A stretch of 64,000 bases of DNA, from contig AP038806.1 of the NCBI GenBank assembly GCA_047150005.1, positions 2,048,001 through 2,112,000 of the forward strand, read 5' to 3'. Positions 18,229-26,747 of the stretch are shown here, piece after piece. The DNA comes from Nitrospira sp. GTDB taxonomy: Bacteria; Nitrospirota; Nitrospiria; Nitrospirales; Nitrospiraceae. A program made the position numbers and the translations under genes. Position 1 is the first letter of the stretch. Each line of letters begins with the position of its first letter. The notes under the pieces are model-generated. The model worked only from the letters and a program-made list of their open reading frames with translations. It was not told the origin of the DNA and did not search any database.

Positions 18229-19047
18229 TTGGTGCCGGACCGTCCGTTCCCGCCGGCGAACAAACGTCTCGGACAGCACTTCCTCATCGATCCCAACATC
18301 GTTCGCAAGATCCTCGCCGTCGCTGCGGTGACGCCTGAGGACACCGTCTTCGAGATCGGTCCTGGCCGAGGGGCCTTGACCGCGGCGCTGTCGAAGGCGG
18401 CGCGTCGAGTGATCGCGGTCGAGATCGACCCCCTCTTGCATCGCCTGCTTCAGGAACGGCAAGCGGAATGGCCCAACGTCGAATTGGTCTGTGCCGACGC
18501 CCTAGCCTACCCCACGGAACATTTTCCCGTCGGCACGGTGGTCGTCGCCAATCTGCCCTACTATATCTCCACTCCGCTGCTGTTCAGGCTGCTCGAGCAG
18601 CGCTCGCGATGGTCGCGGATGGTGCTGATGCTGCAAGAGGAAGTCGCGGATCGATTAATCGCGGACCCCGGCCGCTCGGATTACGGGGTGCTCTCCGTCA
18701 TGGCCCAGCATGTCGCCCAGATCGCCAAGGAGTTCTACGTCTCTCCCCACTGCTTCAGGCCGAAGCCCGACGTGGGTTCCGCGGTGGTGTCGGTCCGTCC
18801 CAAGGAACTGCGGGATCGATCCCCGGATGAGGAGTCGCGGTTCGGTGCGCTCGTGCGCGGGGCATTCGCGCACAGACGGAAAACCCTCGTGAATTCGCTG
18901 CGCGATGAAGGCTACGACCAGAAGTCGGTCACGGCTGCGTTGGAAGCCTTGGGCATTTCGGTCAGCGCGCGGGCCGAAAATCTTTCGGCCAGGCAATTCA
19001 TCGATTTAGAGGCGGCGCTGTCCGCCTCCGCGCAGGTGCAGGAGTGA
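18229..19047 (+). CDS. rsmA: 16S rRNA m6,2A dimethyltransferase RsmA/KsgA
   Basis: KRLGQHFL, EIGPGRG, VEID, ANLPYYIS, MLQEEVADR, FRPKPDVGS, AFAHRRKTL. Confidence 0.96.
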   Translation: MVPDRPFPPANKRLGQHFLIDPNIVRKILAVAAVTPEDTVFEIGPGRGALTAALSKAARRVIAVEIDPLLHRLLQERQAEWPNVELVCADALAYPTEHFPVGTVVVANLPYYISTPLLFRLLEQRSRWSRMVLMLQEEVADRLIADPGRSDYGVLSVMAQHVAQIAKEFYVSPHCFRPKPDVGSAVVSVRPKELRDRSPDEESRFGALVRGAFAHRRKTLVNSLRDEGYDQKSVTAALEALGISVSARAENLSARQFIDLEAALSASAQVQE

Positions 19048-19110
19048 TCCGGATGAACGCCGGAGCGGAGGAACGATTGCGGACGGAGCAGAGGCCGTCA
19101 GCGGCCGGCC

Positions 19111-19491
19111 TCACTTCGCGTTCGAGTGGAGGTGACGGAGGAATTCATTCAACGATTGTTCCTGCTCGCGGTGCATCGCGATGAACATGACGCCGAAGGT
19201 ATGCGTCCCCTTCCATCGTGCGATCGCCGATTCCACGGTCACCGGACGGCGGAAGTCGGGCAGTTGAATGATCAGGGTGTAAGGTTGCTCAAGCACGACG
19301 CCGCTCTCGCTGCTCACGCGGCAGCCGCCCTGCGAGAGGTCGAGGAGGATGCCTTCTCCCTCTTCGTCCAACGCGCTGTCCGCGGACGCGGTGACGGGAG
19401 AAAAGGACAGCAGTGAGCCGGGCGGCAGCATGCTGCGTTGGTGCTTGCGGCGCTCGATGATCCGGTCAAGAGAACGATCCGATGGTGTCAT
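19111..19491 (-). CDS. PilZ domain (c-di-GMP binding) protein
   Basis: ERRKHQR (RxxxR) and DLSQGG (DxSxxG) motifs. Confidence 0.88.
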   Translation of the reverse strand: MTPSDRSLDRIIERRKHQRSMLPPGSLLSFSPVTASADSALDEEGEGILLDLSQGGCRVSSESGVVLEQPYTLIIQLPDFRRPVTVESAIARWKGTHTFGVMFIAMHREQEQSLNEFLRHLHSNAK

Positions 19492-19645
19492 GGTTGTATC
19501 AATCAATAATGATCGAGGGTGAATCAGATGTTCCCCTCATCATAGTCATCCTGCCTCGGACGGCAAGTGAAATCCGGTTTCGCTTTCGGGACCGTGACAC
19601 GTTGACGGATCCGCAGCGAGAGCGCGTGGAAACGCCGCCGATCGT

Positions 19646-19674
19646 TTGAAATGACTTCCCCCCTGTGTTAGCAT
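19646..19674 (+). promoter_or_regulatory. Putative sigma70 promoter of ftsK (TTGAAA-N17-TAGCAT, extended TG), 7 nt before the ATG
   Basis: Read directly from the sequence; no SD between the -10 box and ATG 19682. Confidence 0.6.
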
Positions 19675-19681
19675 CCGTGCC

Positions 19682-22108
19682 ATGGGCGTCACCAACCCGG
19701 GCAAGCGCAGCGAGGCCCGCCGCGCCCCTAGTCCTCCCTCCCATATCAAACGAGAAGTCATCGGCGTGGTCCTGATCGCGCTGAGTTTGCTCACGTTGTT
19801 GAGTCTGCTCTCGTTCGTCCCGGGTGAACCGAAAGCCGTCACCAAGGCTGGCGTCGTGAGTTCGCCTCCGACGCACAACCTCATCGGCGCCGCCGGTGCC
19901 GTGTTCTCGTCGGTGTTATTTTCCCTCATCGGGGGAGCGGCCTATCTGTTCCCGATCCTGTTGGGCCTGCTCGGCGCGCGTTGCTTTACGCAAAGCGACC
20001 TGTCAATCCGCCTCCGCAACGCCGGCGCGTCGCTTGTCGCACTGCTGTTTCTGAGCGCGTTCCTCCATCTGGAGGTGACGGCGGTGCCGACGGTATCCAG
20101 CGGCTTAGTCTATCGCGGCTTGGCGGGCGGGCTCTTCGGACAGATCCTGGCGGACGGTCTGCGGACCTATTTGGCGAGCACCGGCGCGCACATCGTCATT
20201 CTGGCGGGGTTTCTGATCGCGATGCTCTTCACGGCCCCGCTGTCTCTGGCGCAACTGACCGTCAGGGTGTCTGAATTGGGTCAGTGGATGCTGAAGCGCT
20301 TTCGCGCGTCGAACGCAGCCCGTGCTTCGGAGGCCAACGAGGAAGCCGCGCCGAAAGCCACGCGGCCAAGAAAATCGAAATCCATCCGCAGCGTCATCGA
20401 AGAGGCGCTGCCGCTGGCGGAAGAACTGCCTGCTTCGGCTCCTATCGTGATTCAAGGGCCTCCGGAACCGGACGCCATCGAACCGGCCGTGATCGAACCG
20501 GAAGTCGCCCGGATCGCCCACAGCAAGAGAGGAGATGGGGTGGGAAGCTACCAATTGCCCGATGCCGCCGAACTCCTGAGCGAACCGAGCGGTACGTTCT
20601 CGAAAGTCACGGAAGAGGAACTCAGGATCCAATCCGAAATCCTTTCGAAGGCACTGTTGAGCTTCGGCATCGACGGCAAGGTCACGGAAGTACGACCGGG
20701 GCCGGTCGTGACGATGTACGAATTCGAGCCGGCGCCCGGGACGAAAGTGGCGCGGATCGTGAATCTTGCTGACGATCTGGCGCTGGCGATGAAGGCGATC
20801 AGCCTCCGCATCGTCGCCCCATTGCCCGGCAAGTCCGTGGTGGGCATCGAAGTGCCGAACCAGTACCGCGAGACGGTGTCGATGAGGGAAGTCGTGACCA
20901 GCGACGCGTTTGTTCGGGCGCGGTCCAAGCTCACGTTGGCTCTGGGAAAGGACATCTTCGGCGCTCCGGCCACGGCCGATCTGCGTACAATGCCGCATCT
21001 CCTGGTGGCCGGCGCGACTGGAGCGGGGAAGAGCGTCAGTTTGAATACGATGTTGCTCAGCCTGCTGTTCTCCGCCAGGCCGAATGAGGTGAAACTGTTG
21101 CTGATCGATCCCAAGATGCTGGAGTTCCAGACCTACGACGGGATCCCTCATTTGCTGAGGCCCGTGATCACCGATCCCAAATCGGCCGCGCGCGGGTTGG
21201 GATGGGTGGTTCAGGAGATGGAACGCCGCTACAAACTGCTGGCCGAAGCGGGCGTGCGAAACGTCGACGCCTACAACGTGAAGGTTGCGGGAGCGCAGGG
21301 CGTGCTTGAGGAAGGTCAGGGGGCAAACAAACCCGAACAGCCGGAATTGCCCATCCAGTATTTGACGGAAGAAGAGCGATTAGCCGCCGGAGAAAGCGCG
21401 GTCTCCGAAGGGAGTCCGGGGTCGTTTGCCCCGCCGCCAACTCCTCCGGAACCGCTGCCCTACATCGTCGTCATGATCGACGAGCTGGCGGATCTTATGA
21501 TGGTGGCTCCGAAAGATGTCGAAGATAAGATCGCCAGGTTGGCTCAAATGGCCAGGGCCTCCGGCATCCACCTGGTTCTCGCGACCCAGCGTCCCTCGGT
21601 GGACGTCCTGACCGGCTTGATCAAGGCGAATTTTCCGGCCCGCATCGCATTTCAGGTATCATCGAAGACGGACTCTCGGACGATTCTCGACGCAAACGGC
21701 GCGGAAGCTCTGCTCGGTCGCGGCGACATGCTGTATCTCGCGTCGGGCACCGGGCGTCTCAATCGGTTGCACGGCTGCTTCGTCTCCGACGACGACGTCC
21801 GCCGCGTGGTCGAGTTCGTGAAGGAACAGGCGCAGCCGAGTTACAATCAGGAATTGCAGTCCTTGAAACTGGAAGAGGCCAAAGAGGAGGAGGCGCAGGA
21901 CGAGGTCTACGAGCAGGCGAAGGATCTGGTCCTGTCCACGGGCCAGGCGTCGGCCTCGTTGATTCAACGCCGTCTGCGGGTTGGATACCCGCGCGCCGCG
22001 CGCATGATCGAACAGATGGAAACGGATGGACTGGTCGGAGCCGCCGGCCGTGACGGCCGACGGGAGGTACTCGGCCGGCGCGGTCCGGTGGGAGAGGCGC
22101 AAGGATGA
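19682..22108 (+). CDS. ftsK: DNA translocase FtsK
   Basis: N-terminal TM domain, PHLLVAGATGAGKS, IDELADLMM, LATQRPSVDV, gamma domain SLIQRRLRVGYPRAARMIE. Confidence 0.97.
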   Translation: MGVTNPGKRSEARRAPSPPSHIKREVIGVVLIALSLLTLLSLLSFVPGEPKAVTKAGVVSSPPTHNLIGAAGAVFSSVLFSLIGGAAYLFPILLGLLGARCFTQSDLSIRLRNAGASLVALLFLSAFLHLEVTAVPTVSSGLVYRGLAGGLFGQILADGLRTYLASTGAHIVILAGFLIAMLFTAPLSLAQLTVRVSELGQWMLKRFRASNAARASEANEEAAPKATRPRKSKSIRSVIEEALPLAEELPASAPIVIQGPPEPDAIEPAVIEPEVARIAHSKRGDGVGSYQLPDAAELLSEPSGTFSKVTEEELRIQSEILSKALLSFGIDGKVTEVRPGPVVTMYEFEPAPGTKVARIVNLADDLALAMKAISLRIVAPLPGKSVVGIEVPNQYRETVSMREVVTSDAFVRARSKLTLALGKDIFGAPATADLRTMPHLLVAGATGAGKSVSLNTMLLSLLFSARPNEVKLLLIDPKMLEFQTYDGIPHLLRPVITDPKSAARGLGWVVQEMERRYKLLAEAGVRNVDAYNVKVAGAQGVLEEGQGANKPEQPELPIQYLTEEERLAAGESAVSEGSPGSFAPPPTPPEPLPYIVVMIDELADLMMVAPKDVEDKIARLAQMARASGIHLVLATQRPSVDVLTGLIKANFPARIAFQVSSKTDSRTILDANGAEALLGRGDMLYLASGTGRLNRLHGCFVSDDDVRRVVEFVKEQAQPSYNQELQSLKLEEAKEEEAQDEVYEQAKDLVLSTGQASASLIQRRLRVGYPRAARMIEQMETDGLVGAAGRDGRREVLGRRGPVGEAQG

Positions 22109-22815
22109 GACGAGTGATGGGGGTTGCAATGGCGGTGTGTCTTCTGGCCGGTCCCTGTCTAGTTTCGGCAGAGGAGGCGGTTGATCCGCAGGAACGGAAG
22201 GAAATTCAGGACGTCGTCAAACGTTTGCAGGCACGGTATGAAAAAACCAAGGACCTCCAGGCGGACTTCACTCAGAAGACGACCATCGAGGGGTTCGAGC
22301 GGCCGATGTTATCGACAGGGAAGGTCTATATCAAGAAGCCCGGGCGTTTGCGCTGGAACTATCTCGATCCGTCGACGGAAGATATCTATGTCAATCGGGA
22401 CGACGTCAAGGTTTATGTGCCCGAGCACAAGCAGGTCCTGATCGGCAAGTTGACCCAGATGGCGGCCTCCAGGGCTCCGCTGGAGTTGCTCCAGGGAGCA
22501 GCGCGATTGGAGGAATCGTTTGTGGTCGAGCCGACGCCGGGGAAGGCCAAAGGGCTCGGGGGCCTACGCCTCCTCACACTGTTGCCGAAAGGCGAGGGGC
22601 ATGAGACTGTGCGCTCGTTGCAACGGATTGTGATCGAAGTGTTTCCCAAGACCTATTTTATCCGGACCATTTCGCTTCATGAGCACAGCGGGAACGTGTC
22701 TCATTTTGAGTTTTCGTCCCTCCAGGACAATGTCGGGTTGGGCGACGAGCTGTTTGAACCTAAGTTTCCCGCGGATGTCGAAGTGGTTAAGGCGCCGGTA
22801 CTGAGCCAGCCGTGA
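22105..22815 (+). CDS. lolA: Outer-membrane lipoprotein carrier LolA
   Basis: Signal peptide, ADFTQ, GKVYIKKPGRLRWNY; canonical position after ftsK. Confidence 0.88.
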   Translation: MRRVMGVAMAVCLLAGPCLVSAEEAVDPQERKEIQDVVKRLQARYEKTKDLQADFTQKTTIEGFERPMLSTGKVYIKKPGRLRWNYLDPSTEDIYVNRDDVKVYVPEHKQVLIGKLTQMAASRAPLELLQGAARLEESFVVEPTPGKAKGLGGLRLLTLLPKGEGHETVRSLQRIVIEVFPKTYFIRTISLHEHSGNVSHFEFSSLQDNVGLGDELFEPKFPADVEVVKAPVLSQP

Positions 22816-22833
22816 CGCAACCGGTGCGGGCGG

Positions 22834-23628
22834 ATGCGAATTGTTCCTGAAGGGATGATGGGTGGAGCGATGATGACCCCGACACTCAGTGCGATTGGCG
22901 AGGCAGTAGATCAGGCCGTGGCGCGCTTGGATTTCGAGCGCCTCCACCGCGAGTACTGGGAGCAAGACGAATTCCTGGTGATTCCGCAATTCCTGGATCG
23001 GGCACTGGTCGAGGAATGGTTGGTTCCGCAGGCTCAGGGGGTGAAAGGCGACCTCAACCGTAATTATATTCCCGGCCATAAGAAGGGCGGAAGCGTCAGT
23101 TACTATACGGTCATAGAAAAGGCGCCCCGGTTTCTCGATCTCTATCGCTCACCGGCTTTCATCGATTTCCTGCGCCGGCTCTCTCACGCCAAGCTGATGC
23201 TCTGCCCCGACAACGATCCCCATTCTTGCGCGCTCTACTACTATACGGAGCCGGGCGATCATATCGGCTTCCACTACGATACGTCCTATTACAAGGGCAG
23301 CCGGTACACGATACTCATGGGTCTGGTGGACCGGTCCGCCCAGTGCAAACTGGTGTGCGAACTCTTCAAGGACGATCCCGCCAAACAGGCCAAGCGGCTT
23401 GAGCTCATCACCGCGCCGGGGGACATGGTGATCTTTAACGGGGACAAGTTGTGGCATGCTGTGACGCCGCTCGGTGCCGGCGAGGAACGCATCGCCCTGA
23501 CGATGGAATATGTCACCAATCCCGACATGGGAGCCTTCAAGCGACTGTATTCCAATCTCAAAGACTCATTCGCCTATTTCGGCCTTCGCGCCGTCTTCAA
23601 GCGTGCATTGTCGTCGCCCCGCCGCTAG
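22834..23628 (+). CDS. 2OG-Fe(II) oxygenase family protein; start may be at 22870
   Basis: GFHYD (HxD), FNGDKLWHAVTP (distal His), ERIAL (2OG-binding Arg). Confidence 0.82.
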   Translation: MRIVPEGMMGGAMMTPTLSAIGEAVDQAVARLDFERLHREYWEQDEFLVIPQFLDRALVEEWLVPQAQGVKGDLNRNYIPGHKKGGSVSYYTVIEKAPRFLDLYRSPAFIDFLRRLSHAKLMLCPDNDPHSCALYYYTEPGDHIGFHYDTSYYKGSRYTILMGLVDRSAQCKLVCELFKDDPAKQAKRLELITAPGDMVIFNGDKLWHAVTPLGAGEERIALTMEYVTNPDMGAFKRLYSNLKDSFAYFGLRAVFKRALSSPRR

Positions 23629-23710
23629 ATGATGCGTCCAGCCAGCTGGGCTGTTACACGCCGAGAGTCCTCGGCGTTCTTTCCATCCGTGAATCGATCC
23701 TTGTAGCCGA

Positions 23711-24076
23711 TCAAGGTCTCTCCAGGGGACCGGAGGGCAAGGGCTTGCCGCTTATCTGGAGGTTCATTGTCTGGCCGGTCAGCTTCGGTCTGCCGGCTCG
23801 CAGAGGCCTCGATCGTCTTGGGAACGGGCCGCGGTTGGTGGAGTGCATGTCGGCCAGGGACATCCGCATGGCCCGCGCAATCAACCAGGAGATGGTGAGC
23901 CCGGGTGTCCAGAAGACGGCATCACGAACCTCTTCCACCAGATCTTGCGGCAGGTTGACTGTGAGCCGAACTTTTCGTGACGGGCGATGGCGGCGTTGTT
24001 CAGGAATTGGTGTGGCGATGGCATGGCCGACGGGTCGTTCGTCCTGGACAGAGGGCACTGGCATCGGCGTTCCCAT
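23711..24076 (-). CDS. Small basic hypothetical protein, possible ribbon-helix-helix DNA binder
   Basis: GGAGG RBS before ATG 24076; KVRLTVNLPQDLVEEVRDAV..LTISWLIARAM pattern. Confidence 0.65.
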   Translation of the reverse strand: MGTPMPVPSVQDERPVGHAIATPIPEQRRHRPSRKVRLTVNLPQDLVEEVRDAVFWTPGLTISWLIARAMRMSLADMHSTNRGPFPRRSRPLRAGRPKLTGQTMNLQISGKPLPSGPLERP

Positions 24077-24646
24077 AGAGTTCCTCCACGGTTTGAGATG
24101 AGTGATCGGCGATCGTGGTCCGTGCAGAGCCGGGCCCGCGGCATCGACGATGAAAGGCCGCGCGCCCCTTACCGGCGCACGCGGCCTCATCGGCATGAGC
24201 GGGAGGCGATGAAGTCGCTTCGGATGGGCACGATCCGAAGGTCATTCCACCTCGCGAACAGGCTACTGTCTATCTTGGTGGACATCATCGGCGCCTCGCT
24301 CCGCCGGCTTTGCTCAGCACGGCGCTGGTTGTCTCGTCCCGTCGGCGGCGTAGAGCAACCGGCATACCAGTACGAAATGAGCGGCGATTCTCACCCTAAG
24401 TCATTGCTGGATCGGAAGGTTTTTGGATGCAGCGCAAAAGAGGATACAGGCGGCTTATTCCATTAGCAATGCTAACCAGTATCGGATCCGGAACCGCCAT
24501 TATCAAAAGGGATACATCGCACATTCCGACTCGGCTTGGCGCATGAGGCAAGGAACAGAGCACGTCGGGGGGGCTCGGAATTCGGCCGCCGGAGCGGCGA
24601 TATTGAGCGGAACGACCGGCCCGTGGTCGAATGCGGCTGGTGGAGT

Positions 24647-25156
24647 CTACTGGTGGAGGTGTTTCATGGCGGCGGCGCAGAGGATGATGAAGAAGCCCAT
24701 CCATAGAGCCGCCCGCTGAAATGGAATGGCTTCGTAGGCTTCCGTCTCGTCCTCGTCGTCCTCGGATTTAAAAATGACCGTGTAGAGGAAGAGGGTCAGG
24801 AGGCAGAGAACGAGAAACAGCTTGATGAAGAACACCATGAGATACTTGGCGTGATGCTGCACTCCGACGCCGGTTTGGGACATCAGCACCTGGTTCACGT
24901 AGTGCAGATTGATGCCTCCGGTGAACAGCAGGACGACCAGCAGGATGCCGGCGACTTTCTTGTAGTGCTGATAGAAGATATCCGTGATGGGTTTGATTTG
25001 TTGGCGTGGAACGGCCTTTTGCAGCCCAGGGGTCACCGCCATCACAAGAAACGCGAGACCGCCGATCCAAATGACCGCGGACAGGAGGTGAAACCAGTGG
25101 TTGACGATCGGAATCAGCTGGTTGAGGTCGGTGGCAATACTTTCTAATGCATCCAT
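24647..25156 (-). CDS. CopD-like / DUF4149 four-TM membrane protein
   Basis: WFHLLSAVIWIGG motif, LLFTGG, conserved His residues, 4 TM segments. Confidence 0.75.
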   Translation of the reverse strand: MDALESIATDLNQLIPIVNHWFHLLSAVIWIGGLAFLVMAVTPGLQKAVPRQQIKPITDIFYQHYKKVAGILLVVLLFTGGINLHYVNQVLMSQTGVGVQHHAKYLMVFFIKLFLVLCLLTLFLYTVIFKSEDDEDETEAYEAIPFQRAALWMGFFIILCAAAMKHLHQ

Positions 25157-25161
25157 TTTCC

Positions 25162-25257
25162 TTAGTCCTGAGTCCTAAGTCCTGAGTGGTCAAAGCCGGT
25201 CGCTGTCCTCTCGTGAAAGCACATACTCAGGACTCAGCACTCAAGGCTCAGCACTAA
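25162..25257. repeat. Inverted heptamer-repeat element, 'empty' copy 1
   Basis: Left arm TTAGTCCTGAGTCCTAAGTCCTGAGTG (25162-25188); right arm ACTCAGGACTCAGCACTCAAGGCTCAGCACTAA (25225-25257). Confidence 0.85.
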
Positions 25258-26639
25258 AACTTGAAGACGGGGGCGTCATTCCCGAACCGCTTCTTGCGCA
25301 GTTCCTCCATCAATTCCACGGTGATGAGTGTGATGTGCTGTTCGCGAGCGTGTTTTTCGACACCCTTCTTCACCATCGCCCTAAGGAAGTAAGGGATGCG
25401 GCTTAGCCGGAGCGCGGAGGCCTCGTCCCACAAGACTTCGGACTCTTCCGGTGTATTGAAGGCGACCTTGATCTTCTCTCCCCCCTTGGGCGTGTACAGA
25501 CACCACTGATCTTCGTCCAGCCAATCCCCGTGGTCGACATAGGGCCGGGCGCGGCAGCCACCGCAGATGTCGGCATATTCGCAGTCGCCGCACTTGCCCT
25601 TCAGCTGAGGATAGCGGAACGAATTGAAAATGTCCGACTGCTCCCAGAGGTCGACGAAACTGTGCTGCCGAACATTACCGGCAGACAGTGGCATGTAGGG
25701 ACAGGGGGTGAGTTCGCCGTTCGGTGTCACACGCGCATAATTCGTTCCAGCGAGACATCCGCCGCCCATATAGCCCGTGGCTTTCGTGATCGGCGAATTG
25801 GGATCCTTTTCGTAGGCGAGCCGCTTGAAATGCGGGGCGCAACGGGCCCGCACCAGCATCCCCTTGTAGTTGTCCTGACAGGTCACGAGATAGCCGAGCA
25901 CCTCTTCATACTGAGCGGGACTGATATCGGTCAATTCTTCGCCGCGTCCCGTGCAGACCATGAAAAAGACGTTGAGCACTCTGGCGCCCAAACCATGCGC
26001 CCATTCGATCACCGCCGGCAGCTCCTGATAGTTCATCGGCTGTGCACTGAAATGGACCTGGAATTGAAGCCCGTTCCGTTTGCTGGCCTCGATACCGGCG
26101 ACCGCAGCCTCCCAGGCCCCGGGCACCCCTCTGAAGGCGTTGTGCTTGGCCGCATCGAGGGAATCGATGCTGATTCCCACCCCCATCACGCCGATGTCCA
26201 CCAGCGTGCGGGCCATGTGGTCGTCAATGAGCATGCCATTGGTCCCGAACACCACCATGAAACCGGATTTCACCGCATGACGGGCGATGTCGAGGATGTC
26301 CGGGCGCACCAGCGGTTCGCCGCCGGTGATGACCAGGAGGCAGCCCTTGTTGACGTGGGCGATCTGGTCGATGAGCCGGAAACATTCCTCGGTGGACAAT
26401 TCGTCGTCGCCGCCCGCGGCCTTGGTGGTGGCATCCAGATAGCAATGGTCGCACTTGAGATTGCAGCGCTTCGTCAGATTCAAGGCCACCAGATAGGGCT
26501 TGAAGTCGTCCACGGTCCTGCCGTCCGCGGGACCGTCGACCGGTTTGGACGGGGTGAAAAACTGCGTAATCTGTTGTTGGAACGAGCCCAGGGCTCCGGA
26601 GAGCCCAGGGTTATTCAGGATAGGGAGCGATTTACCCAT
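25254..26639 (-). CDS. Radical SAM/SPASM protein (AhbD/NirJ-like) with a C-terminal PCP-red-like domain
   Basis: CNLKCDHC, ITGGEPL, SPASM GCLAG..PCPY..CGDCEYADICGGCRA..C; tail WDEASALRLSRIPYFLRAMVKKGVEKHA. Confidence 0.88.
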   Translation of the reverse strand: MGKSLPILNNPGLSGALGSFQQQITQFFTPSKPVDGPADGRTVDDFKPYLVALNLTKRCNLKCDHCYLDATTKAAGGDDELSTEECFRLIDQIAHVNKGCLLVITGGEPLVRPDILDIARHAVKSGFMVVFGTNGMLIDDHMARTLVDIGVMGVGISIDSLDAAKHNAFRGVPGAWEAAVAGIEASKRNGLQFQVHFSAQPMNYQELPAVIEWAHGLGARVLNVFFMVCTGRGEELTDISPAQYEEVLGYLVTCQDNYKGMLVRARCAPHFKRLAYEKDPNSPITKATGYMGGGCLAGTNYARVTPNGELTPCPYMPLSAGNVRQHSFVDLWEQSDIFNSFRYPQLKGKCGDCEYADICGGCRARPYVDHGDWLDEDQWCLYTPKGGEKIKVAFNTPEESEVLWDEASALRLSRIPYFLRAMVKKGVEKHAREQHITLITVELMEELRKKRFGNDAPVFKF

Positions 26640-26647
26640 TTCAATTC

Positions 26648-26741
26648 GTGCTGAGTGTTGAGATTAAGGTGCTGAGTTGTAAGGCCAGGTCCCATCGATT
26701 CATTGCTGCTACTTAGCACTCAGCACGCAGGACCCAGCACT
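26648..26741. repeat. Inverted heptamer-repeat element, 'empty' copy 2
   Basis: Left arm GTGCTGAGTGTTGAGATTAAGGTGCTGAGTT (26648-26678); right arm ACTTAGCACTCAGCACGCAGGACCCAGCACT (26711-26741). Confidence 0.85.
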
Positions 26742-26747
26742 GTAAAC

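Noticed and set aside
22834..23628. 2OG-Fe(II) enzyme as a BesD-like halogenase
   Set aside because: It retains the HxD carboxylate (HYD); halogenases have HxG or HxA.
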